A stretch of 64,000 nucleotides of DNA from the NCBI GenBank assembly GCA_964550955.1, contig CAZKAF010000001.1:632126-696125 (forward strand). The letters run 5' to 3'. This DNA comes from an uncultured Candidatus Saccharibacteria bacterium (GTDB lineage: Bacteria > Patescibacteriota > Minisyncoccia > Phycocordibacterales > CAIZLB01). Both the position numbers and the translations under genes were made by a program. The stretch's first letter is position 1. Each line of letters starts with the position of its first letter. The notes under the pieces are model-generated. The model was not told where the DNA came from. It made no database searches and was given only the letters and a program-made list of their open reading frames with translations. This document shows, in pieces, positions 46,673-55,626 of this stretch.

Positions 46673-48169
46673 ATGCATAAATTTGCCTGCTCCATACTGC
46701 TCGGATTAATTTTCTGCTTGGCGCTTGGAACTCACATAGCTTCCGCTCAGACTGCCGAAGAGTTCGCGACCATAAGCGCCGGCATCAGGCTCAACGACAG
46801 CAGCAAGAAAACGAATACCATGCGGCAAATAGAGCAAGGCTTGCTTGAAATCAGCAATCTCAGAGGGGCCTTATACGAAAAGGGGGTGCAGGCCATCGAA
46901 GTGGCAAAATATGAAGAATCCCTTTTGAACAGCTTAAGGACAGTGGCTCAGGCAACGCATAGGCAAGAAAACATGAGCGTCATTTGGGATATATTTTCTC
47001 AGAACCAAATAAACAGCAATTTCGTGCAGTCGCTTGCGAACTTTCAAAACACGGTCGCCAACATATACATTCAAAACGGCATAGAAGACCAGGGGCAAAA
47101 TTATAAAGACGGAGCGGCGGCGCAAGCGGCACTAGCAAGCCAAGTGCAGCAAGGCAATTATCCGCAACCAGTACGAGATAGCGCCGTGAATCTCGAACCC
47201 TCCGGCACCGTCGGGTCGTCGAAGCCGGCAGCCACCACCTGCACCTGGAAGGCGGGCTCCGGGCCGGACGCCGGGAAGTACTGCCTCCTGGCGCCGCTCG
47301 GGGACCTCCTCGGGGGCGAGAGCGGCAGGATAGACATCGTCAACGGGGGCATGGCGGCGTACCTCGAGGGCATGTTCAGGGCGGGAATCGCCATCGCGAC
47401 GGGGCTGACCCTCATCATGATCGTGATCGGGGGGCTTCAGTACGTGTCCACCGACGCGTGGGGAGGCAAGAGCGAGGGAAAGGAGAAGATTACCCAGGCG
47501 CTCCTCGGGCTGCTCCTGGCCCTCGGGACCGTGCTCATCGTCCAGGAGCTCAACCCGACGCTCCTGCGGAGGGACCTGGACCTGAACGAGAAGATAACGC
47601 TGCAGAGGATCAGCGGGCCGAATGTCGAGAATCTAGGCGGTGATTTGCAGTACGTCCCCGATAGCGGGGTCTTGCAGAACTCGGTGAACCTTATAGATCC
47701 GGCGCGAATAGGCATAACAGGAAACCCGAACCTGAACGTGGCCGGCCGCATCGTCGAATCCGCAAGAAAGAACATCGGATTCGACACATGCCTTGTCGTG
47801 ACCGAAAACGGCAGAAAAGGCTGCGGATACGCGTTTGGAAAAATAATGAAAGACGCGGGGGTGGATATCGGCCTGTCAGACACCGCGGTTCTCGGAACTC
47901 GCGCAATTTACAATGCGCTGGCAAGCAGCAATAAGTTCTACCTGGTACCAGGAGGGCTGTTTACGTCCGTAGCAGGAGACATCGTCATATCCCCGACGGG
48001 AGAAAAGTCAGGTCATGTCGGAATAGTCGAGACAATGGCCGGATCATCCATCATCTCGAACAGCAGCGCAGCCGGCGAAGTCTCTCGAAACTGGACAGCG
48101 ACAAGATGGATCAGCTATTACGAGGGAACGCAGGGATTGAAAACGTATGTCTTCAGGGCAAAGATATAA
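46673..48169 (+). CDS. VirB1-like cell-wall hydrolase: signal peptide + two-helix hydrophobic module + C-terminal CHAP/NlpC-P60-like cysteine peptidase domain
   Basis: N-terminal signal peptide. Central module ...AGIAIATGLTLIMIVIGGLQYV...ITQALLGLLLALGTVLIVQEL. C-terminus contains Cys in DTCLVVTENGRKGCGYAFG and His in SGHVGIVE, consistent with a CHAP-type Cys-His hydrolase. Confidence 0.55.
   Translation: MHKFACSILLGLIFCLALGTHIASAQTAEEFATISAGIRLNDSSKKTNTMRQIEQGLLEISNLRGALYEKGVQAIEVAKYEESLLNSLRTVAQATHRQENMSVIWDIFSQNQINSNFVQSLANFQNTVANIYIQNGIEDQGQNYKDGAAAQAALASQVQQGNYPQPVRDSAVNLEPSGTVGSSKPAATTCTWKAGSGPDAGKYCLLAPLGDLLGGESGRIDIVNGGMAAYLEGMFRAGIAIATGLTLIMIVIGGLQYVSTDAWGGKSEGKEKITQALLGLLLALGTVLIVQELNPTLLRRDLDLNEKITLQRISGPNVENLGGDLQYVPDSGVLQNSVNLIDPARIGITGNPNLNVAGRIVESARKNIGFDTCLVVTENGRKGCGYAFGKIMKDAGVDIGLSDTAVLGTRAIYNALASSNKFYLVPGGLFTSVAGDIVISPTGEKSGHVGIVETMAGSSIISNSSAAGEVSRNWTATRWISYYEGTQGLKTYVFRAKI
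47228..47628. repeat. copy 1 of a 401-bp perfect direct repeat (GC-rich) shared with 48676-49076
   Basis: Sequence from gcagccaccacctgcacctgg... to ...gatcagcgggccgaatgtcga is identical in both genes, and the spurious antisense ORFs in the two copies translate identically. Strongly GC3-rich, unlike the flanks. Confidence 0.85.
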
Positions 48170-48246
48170 GGACACCGGTCCAATCTGTTAATCAGACTGT
48201 TAACAGACAGCAAGTGTACAGCTTTGTTTTTGATATACTATGAAAT

Positions 48247-49602
48247 GTGAATAAAGTTTTCTTAAAAATTGCCAAGCCCCTCCTTTGTCTGATTCTTTGC
48301 CTAACATTCATATTCCCGTTCTTCGCGAGCGCGGCCATCGGCGGCAATTTTAATGATCTGACGACAGGAACATACACGGCGACCATAGAAAACTATCCTG
48401 CGCCCGGCCAAAAACAGAGTTTTGACCTTGTCTTGATAGCTGATTATAACGGCCGGATATATGTCGACGAGGAGAAGTCAAAAATACCGGTAAAAGACAC
48501 GTATGACGAGCTGTTGCCCAGAGAATTAACCTATCTAGGACCGAACGGATCGAGCATGACCATCGACCTCATGTCGAGGCAGAAAGTAGGAGACGGGGTA
48601 ACAGGAGAAATCAAAAGCGATGGGCAAGGAAACACATTATCTCCAGCAATCGTGGCGACAAAGTCTGAAACCAAAGCAGCCACCACCTGCACCTGGAAGG
48701 CGGGCTCCGGGCCGGACGCCGGGAAGTACTGCCTCCTGGCGCCGCTCGGGGACCTCCTCGGGGGCGAGAGCGGCAGGATAGACATCGTCAACGGGGGCAT
48801 GGCGGCGTACCTCGAGGGCATGTTCAGGGCGGGAATCGCCATCGCGACGGGGCTGACCCTCATCATGATCGTGATCGGGGGGCTTCAGTACGTGTCCACC
48901 GACGCGTGGGGAGGCAAGAGCGAGGGAAAGGAGAAGATTACCCAGGCGCTCCTCGGGCTGCTCCTGGCCCTCGGGACCGTGCTCATCGTCCAGGAGCTCA
49001 ACCCGACGCTCCTGCGGAGGGACCTGGACCTGAACGAGAAGATAACGCTGCAGAGGATCAGCGGGCCGAATGTCGATTCTCTCGGAATCGACATAAGCCA
49101 ATACCCGACAGTAGATAACATCGTAAACAACGCTACGAATTATAACTATCAAGTGACAGGTACGACGAAGTTCGCCTTGAGCGACTTCTCGAACATGGAA
49201 TGGAGAGCATACGCCCTCAATCAGATAAACAACACGAGGCTGCCTTCCATGAAACCCATTGACGCTGACAAATTTTTTCCAGGCGGAGTGGTAACAGCCG
49301 AGGGATGGCTTAAAATAGTGGCCGGGATAGTGAAACTTGAGTCCAGCTTCAACCCGAGACTTGTCTTTCCTGAACCGCCTCCATTGAACAAGAACTCGGT
49401 TGGACTGATGCAATTATCTTATGATGATGCCGAGGTTAGGGCGCGAGGATATTCGGAAGAAGACTTGAAGAATCCATTAAAAAATCTTGAGGCCGGCATA
49501 AAGATACTCGAGAGGCAGCTCATAAGGCACGGCTGCATATCCTGCAAGTCGGCAGAAGGGTCATGGAGAGGCGGAGCCCAATACTGGTCTACCTTAAGAT
49601 AA
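48247..49602 (+). CDS. VirB1-like cell-wall hydrolase: same two-helix module + C-terminal lytic transglycosylase (SLT) domain
   Basis: GTG start directly after TTGATATACT. C-terminus has SLT motifs: catalytic E-S (IVKLESSFNPRLV), GLMQLSY and LEAGIKIL. Central module is identical to that of 46673-48169. Confidence 0.6.
   Translation: MNKVFLKIAKPLLCLILCLTFIFPFFASAAIGGNFNDLTTGTYTATIENYPAPGQKQSFDLVLIADYNGRIYVDEEKSKIPVKDTYDELLPRELTYLGPNGSSMTIDLMSRQKVGDGVTGEIKSDGQGNTLSPAIVATKSETKAATTCTWKAGSGPDAGKYCLLAPLGDLLGGESGRIDIVNGGMAAYLEGMFRAGIAIATGLTLIMIVIGGLQYVSTDAWGGKSEGKEKITQALLGLLLALGTVLIVQELNPTLLRRDLDLNEKITLQRISGPNVDSLGIDISQYPTVDNIVNNATNYNYQVTGTTKFALSDFSNMEWRAYALNQINNTRLPSMKPIDADKFFPGGVVTAEGWLKIVAGIVKLESSFNPRLVFPEPPPLNKNSVGLMQLSYDDAEVRARGYSEEDLKNPLKNLEAGIKILERQLIRHGCISCKSAEGSWRGGAQYWSTLR
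48676..49076. repeat. copy 2 of the 401-bp perfect direct repeat
   Basis: See copy 1; offset 1448 bp. Confidence 0.85.
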
Positions 49603-49708
49603 GGGGGTTTTCAATTTTTAAGTTTTAAGACGGCGCGGAAGCCGCGCATAAAAATCACGATTAGCCCTGTCTACAAGTGAAAAATATTTGATATACTGTA
49701 CCTAACGC

Positions 49709-51106
49709 ATGAACAGGAAAACCGCTTTCATTATTATCGTGGTGGCGCTCAGTCTCATCATCGGCGGCCTCATCGGCTTTTATTTTTATACCATAAGAAA
49801 TAATCCGACGGCCACTTTCTTCGGAAGGGACATCTCCGGAAGAAACTTCGCCAACTACGATCCTTCAAGCCCGAATACCGGAACCTCGACCGCGACGCAG
49901 GACACTCCGGTCATAGTCGGAACAAGCACGTCTCCGCAGGACATGCCAAGGCTCAGGAAAATAAGCGACAATCCGGTAGCCGGTTTCAGCTTTGTAAATA
50001 AGGACATTATCGCAACGAGCACGAGAAACATCGAGCCGCCGGACCTTTCCCAGACCGGAGGAAGACCTGTGGCAACGCCGGCGCCTCGGGTTATCGGAAA
50101 TGTTGAAGTCATCAGATACATCGAGAGAGCCACTGGACACATATTTGAAACGAGCACGTCGACGCCCATAACGACTCGTATCTCAAATACGACTATCCCC
50201 AAGATATACGAGGCCTTGTTCGCAGAAAGAGGAGATTCGCTTATCTTGAGAGACTTGATAGGCTCAACGGACATCATAAGAACGCAGTATGCATCATTGG
50301 TACGTTCCACTACGACAAACTCGGAGGAACTCGAAACTGTAACAAAAGACCTGACCGTCAATTTGCTCCAAGCAGTCTTGTCTCCGACTAAAAACCAGCT
50401 GTTCTCCATTCAAAAGGAAGGCGTTACGGGTTTCCTGTCGACGCCTGACGGAGGGGGAATACAGACCGTATTGGACATACCTTTCAAGGAATGGCTTGTT
50501 CAGTGGCCGGAAAGAAGGGCTATCGTACTGACAACAAAGCCGTCAGGTTTCTTCCCTGGCTACGCATATGTTCTAAACCCTGAAAACAGGTCATTTACGA
50601 GAATCCTGGGAAATATAAACGGTCTTACCACAAGCATGTCTCCTCAGGACACGAATAAGCTCATATACAGCAGAAGCGACGCGGGAACATTCAGCCTATG
50701 GGCTTTTGACAGAAGAACAAGCGAATCAACAAACCTGCAGGTCAGGACGCTGCCTGAGAAGTGCGTGTGGGCCAACACGGAAGCTGACACCATTTACTGC
50801 GCGATTCCGGACGACATCGCATTCAATACGTATCCCGATGTCTGGTATCAAGGAAGGATAACGTTCTCTGACAGCATCTGGAAAATCAACATATCAACAA
50901 GAGAAGCACGGCTCATATCAAGGCCTCAATCAGAGGTTTCGGAAATAATCGACGTGGAGAAAATAGAAATCAATCCAAAGGACGATTACCTTCTCCTCAC
51001 GAACAAGATCAACTACGATTTATGGGGACTAAGACTGGTCGAGCCAGCCAGACCGCCCGCAAACCCGTTGGATTCAATAGGAACATCGACCCCGAGCGAG
51101 ACTTAG
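49709..51106 (+). CDS. membrane-anchored Thr/Ser-rich extracytoplasmic protein, hypothetical (last gene of island)
   Basis: N-terminal TM FIIIVVALSLIIGGLIGFYFY, then a 440-aa T/S-rich domain with a beta-propeller-like feel. A TTGATATACTGTAC motif lies 12 nt upstream. Confidence 0.4.
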   Translation: MNRKTAFIIIVVALSLIIGGLIGFYFYTIRNNPTATFFGRDISGRNFANYDPSSPNTGTSTATQDTPVIVGTSTSPQDMPRLRKISDNPVAGFSFVNKDIIATSTRNIEPPDLSQTGGRPVATPAPRVIGNVEVIRYIERATGHIFETSTSTPITTRISNTTIPKIYEALFAERGDSLILRDLIGSTDIIRTQYASLVRSTTTNSEELETVTKDLTVNLLQAVLSPTKNQLFSIQKEGVTGFLSTPDGGGIQTVLDIPFKEWLVQWPERRAIVLTTKPSGFFPGYAYVLNPENRSFTRILGNINGLTTSMSPQDTNKLIYSRSDAGTFSLWAFDRRTSESTNLQVRTLPEKCVWANTEADTIYCAIPDDIAFNTYPDVWYQGRITFSDSIWKINISTREARLISRPQSEVSEIIDVEKIEINPKDDYLLLTNKINYDLWGLRLVEPARPPANPLDSIGTSTPSET

Positions 51107-51192
51107 ACAAGAGATGTCACCAAAGAAAAAGACCCTTCCAAGAGAGAAGGGTCTTTTTCTTGCGCATCATATAAAATCCCGAGAAACAATCC

Positions 51193-51927
51193 TTATAAGA
51201 CCTTTTTAAGCGTCTTCCTGAAGTAGAGTTCCTGACCGATAGTAAACAAGCTTCCAGTAATCCAGTACAAAGCCACGGCGCCAGACACTGTTAAGCAGAT
51301 CACGAACATTATGACCGGCATCACATATCTCATCTGCATGTTCATGTTTCGAGCCAGCTCTTCGGAAAAATCCCTTTCCCCCATCTTTTTCTTTTCGCTG
51401 CCTTCTTTCGGCTTATAAGCAGGGACAGAAAGCCTTATCTGCACGAACTGTGCGGCGCCGGCGAGAACGCCGAGCACGACGCTTACCTTGGTAATGTCAA
51501 TGAGGCCGAGAAAGAGGGTGTTTATCGAGCTTGGAATCTTGACGAATGAATAAAGCAATTCGGCATTTATTTCCGGAAAACCCCCTCTTGAGAAGATAAA
51601 GAACAGTCCGAGAATGATGGGAATCTGAATGAGCAGCAGGAAAAAGCTGGCAAAAGGGTTCAAGTTGTTCTTTTTATAGAAATCGAGAGTCTTTCGGGCA
51701 AATTCCTCTTTGTTTGCGCCGTATTTCTTCTTAAGCTCGGCCAACTCCGGCTCCAAAGCCTTCATGATGATTTGAGTTTTGGTGGCCTGCTTGGATAAGG
51801 GGAAGAGGATGAGCTTCACGATACAAGTGAGCGCGATCGTGGCCAGACCAAGGTCTCCGCCAGGAATATAATCAAGAAGAAGAACCAGACCGTTATATAA
51901 TGGGTTGTAGATGAGTGTTGCAAACAT
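51193..51927 (-). CDS. yidC: membrane protein insertase YidC/Oxa1 (short form)
   Basis: 244 aa and 5 TM. The N-terminal MFATLIYNPLYNGLVLL... and the conserved helix pattern match short-form YidC. Sits in the rnpA-yidC operon. Confidence 0.85.
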   Translation of the reverse strand: MFATLIYNPLYNGLVLLLDYIPGGDLGLATIALTCIVKLILFPLSKQATKTQIIMKALEPELAELKKKYGANKEEFARKTLDFYKKNNLNPFASFFLLLIQIPIILGLFFIFSRGGFPEINAELLYSFVKIPSSINTLFLGLIDITKVSVVLGVLAGAAQFVQIRLSVPAYKPKEGSEKKKMGERDFSEELARNMNMQMRYVMPVIMFVICLTVSGAVALYWITGSLFTIGQELYFRKTLKKVL

Positions 51928-51932
51928 GTTTT

Positions 51933-52271
51933 TTATAGCTTAAGCATACCACTTTTTGAAAAAAGATACCTCATTTCCGAGACCAAATCAGATTGCCTTA
52001 TTTTCAAAATGCCGTCAAAGCACGTGAACGTGACAAGCTGATTCTTATCCTTGAAAAGCGCCGCATCTTGTTTTTTAAGGACAGTCAGCGCGGATTTAAT
52101 CTTTCTTTTAGCCTTATTTCTCTGAACCGCCGTTTTGAAGATTTTTTTTGAGGCAATTACGGCAATATTTCGAGAAACCGGCTCGCCGCCCATAAAAACC
52201 TTCAACAAAAAAGAGCTTGATTTGTAAGCTCTTCCTTGCGTAATTACTTTTGTAATATCTCTATTGTTCAT
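51933..52271 (-). CDS. rnpA: ribonuclease P protein component
   Basis: 112 aa, basic, RNR-like motif region (AVQRNKAKRKIKSA). Position between rpmH and yidC. Confidence 0.8.
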   Translation of the reverse strand: MNNRDITKVITQGRAYKSSSFLLKVFMGGEPVSRNIAVIASKKIFKTAVQRNKAKRKIKSALTVLKKQDAALFKDKNQLVTFTCFDGILKIRQSDLVSEMRYLFSKSGMLKL

Positions 52272-52307
52272 AGGTAAGATAATACGAGACCGCCGAGTTC
52301 CTTATGC

Positions 52308-52466
52308 CTATTTTGAAAGCCGCTTTGAAGCTTTCACCGTAAGCTGAGCTCGTCCTTTTCGTCGTCGGGCCTGTAGAGTTCTTCTACCCCCGTGAGTTTT
52401 GGACCGAACCAAAAAACCGTGAGTTTTTGCTCGTTTTCTCTTTTTAGGTTGGTATGTTACTGACAT
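52308..52466 (-). CDS. rpmH: 50S ribosomal protein L34
   Basis: Hand-translated reverse strand: [52 protein letters not shown]. Below the ORF-track size cutoff. Canonical rpmH-rnpA order. Confidence 0.85.
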   Translation of the reverse strand: MSVTYQPKKRKRAKTHGFLVRSKTHGGRRTLQARRRKGRAQLTVKASKRLSK

Positions 52467-52540
52467 GCCGGCAATAGTACATTATATATTCATATAATTC
52501 AAGTTCTTTTATATGCCCCCCGTTATATAATGTTCGCATT

Positions 52541-53875
52541 ATGGATAGCAAAACTTTATGGGACACAGTCTTAATTCAAGTTGAATTAGAAGTTACTAAA
52601 GCTACCTACACCGCATGGTTCAAGGATACGTTCATCTCAAAGATAGATTCCGGTACGGTTTACCTCGCAGTTCCCAACACATTCGTTCGGGAATGGCTCC
52701 AAACCAAGTTTCATAAGGTTATTCTTCAAAATCTGAGAAACTCACTCGAAGGGGTGCGAGCCGTGGAGTATATAATCGCTCAAACTAACAAGAAAAAGGA
52801 GGATTATGTCACTGAAATACCCACCCAGACAAAAGAACTTCCTTTAAACACGCTCCTTATTAACCCGGAAGACAACCTGAATCCTCGCTATACATTCGAA
52901 ACCTTTGTTGTAGGCCCTTTTAACGAGCTCGCATATGCCGCTTCTCAAGCTATCCTGAAGAAGCCCGTTGCTTACAACCCCTTATTCTTTTATGGAAATA
53001 CAGGCCTTGGCAAAACGCACCTCATGCAGGCGATAGGAAATCATATAAAGACGCATCACAAAGACAAGCGTATTCACTATGTAGCATCAGAACGGTTCAC
53101 CATAGACTACATCAACTCGGTACAGGCTAACAAAGTCCACAACTTCAAGGAAAAGTACCGAAAATACGACGTTCTCATCATGGACGACATCCAATTCCTG
53201 TCGCAGAAAGAGAAGACTCAGGAAGAACTCTTTCACTTGTTCAACTACATGTATGACGGAAACAAGCAGATCATCTTTTCATCTGATCAGCACCCGAACT
53301 ACCTTCAAAACCTGGAAGACCGCCTAAAATCAAGGTTTATGGCCGGCATGATCATAGATATCTCGCCCTTGGACACCGAATCAAAAATCGCCATCCTTCA
53401 AACTAAGGCCAAGATGAACAATTTCAACCTGGAACCTGAAATTGCTTACTATATAGCATCCGTCGTTCATGGAAGCATCCGAGAGCTTGAAGGGACCTTA
53501 AACGCCGTTATTTGCCAAGCCCAGCTCAAAGGCAAGGACGTAACGCTTGCTGACGTGAAGCAGATAACAAAAGATTCCACCAAGCCCCAGAAGAGCATTT
53601 CCGTTAAGGACGTGGTCAAGGCCGTTTCAGCATTCTATAACATAGAGGAGGAGAGCATTTACAATAAGACAAGGAGACAGGAGGTTGTTAAGCCGAGACA
53701 GCTGACCATGTATATCCTGAGAGAGGATTACAACATATCCTTCCCAGCTATCGGACAAAAGCTAGGAAATCGCGATCACACGACCGTCATGCATTCATGC
53801 GAAAAGATTAGAAACGAGCTGAAAAACAACCCCGACCTGACATCCGAACTCAACCAAATTCGCTCCCTTATTTAA
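52541..53875 (+). CDS. dnaA: chromosomal replication initiator DnaA
   Basis: 444 aa. Walker A GNTGLGKTHL, the AAA+ box, and C-terminal domain IV (helix-turn-helix). Confidence 0.95.
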   Translation: MDSKTLWDTVLIQVELEVTKATYTAWFKDTFISKIDSGTVYLAVPNTFVREWLQTKFHKVILQNLRNSLEGVRAVEYIIAQTNKKKEDYVTEIPTQTKELPLNTLLINPEDNLNPRYTFETFVVGPFNELAYAASQAILKKPVAYNPLFFYGNTGLGKTHLMQAIGNHIKTHHKDKRIHYVASERFTIDYINSVQANKVHNFKEKYRKYDVLIMDDIQFLSQKEKTQEELFHLFNYMYDGNKQIIFSSDQHPNYLQNLEDRLKSRFMAGMIIDISPLDTESKIAILQTKAKMNNFNLEPEIAYYIASVVHGSIRELEGTLNAVICQAQLKGKDVTLADVKQITKDSTKPQKSISVKDVVKAVSAFYNIEEESIYNKTRRQEVVKPRQLTMYILREDYNISFPAIGQKLGNRDHTTVMHSCEKIRNELKNNPDLTSELNQIRSLI

Positions 53876-54193
53876 GACTCCATATAGGACTTTTTACATG
53901 TCTTATACACAGTGTGAATAAACCTGTGGATAACTGGTGAATACCGTTTAAAAAATGGTTGATAACCTGTTCAAAACCATGTGCTTTATCACTAATAAAG
54001 TGTGGAAATTTAAGCCCTTTTCCCCAACCAGGAAGTTATCCACTTTTACTTTCCATAGAAACTCCCCAGCATCCACAAACCAGCCTTCCAGCCCCAGCCT
54101 TTCCCCTCGTCAGATTTGACACTTATCCACTTATCCACCGTGCTAATAGTAGTAATAACTTTTTTATTAAAAATAAGATAAGATTAAGACACC
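53876..54193. promoter_or_regulatory. oriC candidate: DnaA-box cluster plus AT-rich unwinding element between dnaA and dnaN
   Basis: Perfect box TGTGGATAA (53925-53933, reverse complement of TTATCCACA). Near-boxes TTATCCACT (54035-54043, 54122-54130), TTATCCACC (54131-54139), TGTGGAAAT (54001-54009), CATCCACAA. AT-rich tract 54150-54190. Confidence 0.6.
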
Positions 54194-55300
54194 ATGAAGA
54201 TAGAGAGTTTAAAAGATAAGCTTCTTGCAGGCATCCAGAAAGCTGAGAAGGTCACATCGAAGAACACTTCGCTCCCTGTCCTTAAGTGCGTCTTATTGGA
54301 AGCGTCCAAGAGCAGTCTCATAGTCAGGTCGACAAACCTGGATGTTGGCCTTGAGATAACCATCCCAGTTAAGTTGGAGATGGAAGGAGTTCTTGCTGTT
54401 CCAGGCGGAATCGTTTCAAGCGTCATTTCCCAGCTGTCGTCAGACAAGTCCGTTACGCTCGAGTCGAAAGAGGGTAATCTTTGCATATCGTCCTCGAAAA
54501 ACAGCACCTTGATCAAGACGTTTCCTCCAGATGATTACCCTTCGATACCGAAAGTCGACGAAGATACCTCCAAATCCTTTAAAATTGACTCTGCAGCGCT
54601 TGTTTCCGGCTTGAAGGCTGTTTGGTATAGCTCTGCCAATTCGAACATCAAGCCGGAGCTTTCAAGCGTTCGGGTGTATCCTCAGAACGGTAAGCTTGTA
54701 TTTGTGGCGACGGACGGTTTCCGTCTGGCGGAAAAGAAGATTTCCATGAAAGAACTGCCCGATTTCACCCATGTCCTTATTCCGGTTCGAAATGCTACCG
54801 AGATAATAAGAATATTCGACGGCTTGGACGAGGAGCTGACTGTTCTTATTGATGATAATCAAATTGCGGTCAAATCAAGCAATATTTACCTGGTTTCAAG
54901 GACGATAGAGGGCAATTTCCCTGATTATAACGCCATTATCCCCAAGGAATTCAGCACTGAAGCTGTTATTTTGAAGCAGGACCTCGTTAATAGCCTGAAA
55001 GTCAGCACTATTTTTAGCGACGTTTATTATCATATAAAATTCCAGATAAATGCGGCTGGCGGCAAGTTTGAGATGATAACCAAGAATTCCGAAGTTGGCG
55101 AAAGCGTTACTGAGCTGCCAGCCGTCCTTTCAGGGCAAGACATGGAGGTTAATTTCAACTACAAATACATAAATGACTGCATATCCGTTCTTTCGACGGA
55201 CAGCATGACGTTCTCTTTTGGCGGCGGAAACAAGCCTCTTGTCATACGGCCCGTCAGCGACGAGTCTTTCCTGTACCTCGTGATGCCGATGAATAGATAG
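54194..55300 (+). CDS. dnaN: DNA polymerase III beta sliding clamp
   Basis: 368 aa with a three-domain beta-clamp pattern. Immediately downstream of dnaA/oriC. Confidence 0.9.
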   Translation: MKIESLKDKLLAGIQKAEKVTSKNTSLPVLKCVLLEASKSSLIVRSTNLDVGLEITIPVKLEMEGVLAVPGGIVSSVISQLSSDKSVTLESKEGNLCISSSKNSTLIKTFPPDDYPSIPKVDEDTSKSFKIDSAALVSGLKAVWYSSANSNIKPELSSVRVYPQNGKLVFVATDGFRLAEKKISMKELPDFTHVLIPVRNATEIIRIFDGLDEELTVLIDDNQIAVKSSNIYLVSRTIEGNFPDYNAIIPKEFSTEAVILKQDLVNSLKVSTIFSDVYYHIKFQINAAGGKFEMITKNSEVGESVTELPAVLSGQDMEVNFNYKYINDCISVLSTDSMTFSFGGGNKPLVIRPVSDESFLYLVMPMNR

Positions 55301-55360
55301 TGTTTAGCACGAGATTGATCCCGTTTTTAGTCTGCGGACGTCTGCTTAATATCACTGAAT

Positions 55361-55621
55361 ATGCAAAATTTATCCGACCTTCTCGCACGATTCAAAGCAA
55401 TCGAGAACCCTGTTGAAATAAAAAGGAAGGTAAAGGACAGCGTTGAGAGGGTTTTGATGTTTAAGATGAGGGAAGACAGCATAAAAATTCAGGAAGGGAA
55501 GGTTTATATCAAGACGAATCCGGTACAGAAAAACCTCATCTTCATGAGAAAAGATGAGGTTTTGACTGCTATTAATAAGGACTTTCCGGAAATTAGGGTT
55601 TCCTCTATCGTTTTTGTTTAA
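55361..55621 (+). CDS. hypothetical small protein in dnaN-downstream position (possibly DUF721/DciA-like)
   Basis: 86 aa. Position equivalent to the small genes that follow dnaN in many bacteria. No motif recognised. Confidence 0.3.
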   Translation: MQNLSDLLARFKAIENPVEIKRKVKDSVERVLMFKMREDSIKIQEGKVYIKTNPVQKNLIFMRKDEVLTAINKDFPEIRVSSIVFV

Positions 55622-55626
55622 GTTTT

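Noticed and set aside
47158-47883. Antisense and alternative-frame ORFs inside the duplicated module (47158-47418 -, 47437-47883 -, 47458-47643 +, and their twins at 48531-48866, 48885-49130, 48906-49118)
   Set aside because: They arise only because the GC-rich module lacks stop codons in other frames. Their translations are Arg/Pro/Ala-rich nonsense, they overlap well-supported hydrolase genes, and they are identical in both copies purely because the DNA is duplicated.
47228-49076. Diversity-generating retroelement (TR/VR pair) as explanation for the repeat
   Set aside because: The copies are 100% identical with no adenine-specific mismatches, they are 401 bp (longer than typical TR/VR), and no reverse transcriptase or accessory gene is present in the window.
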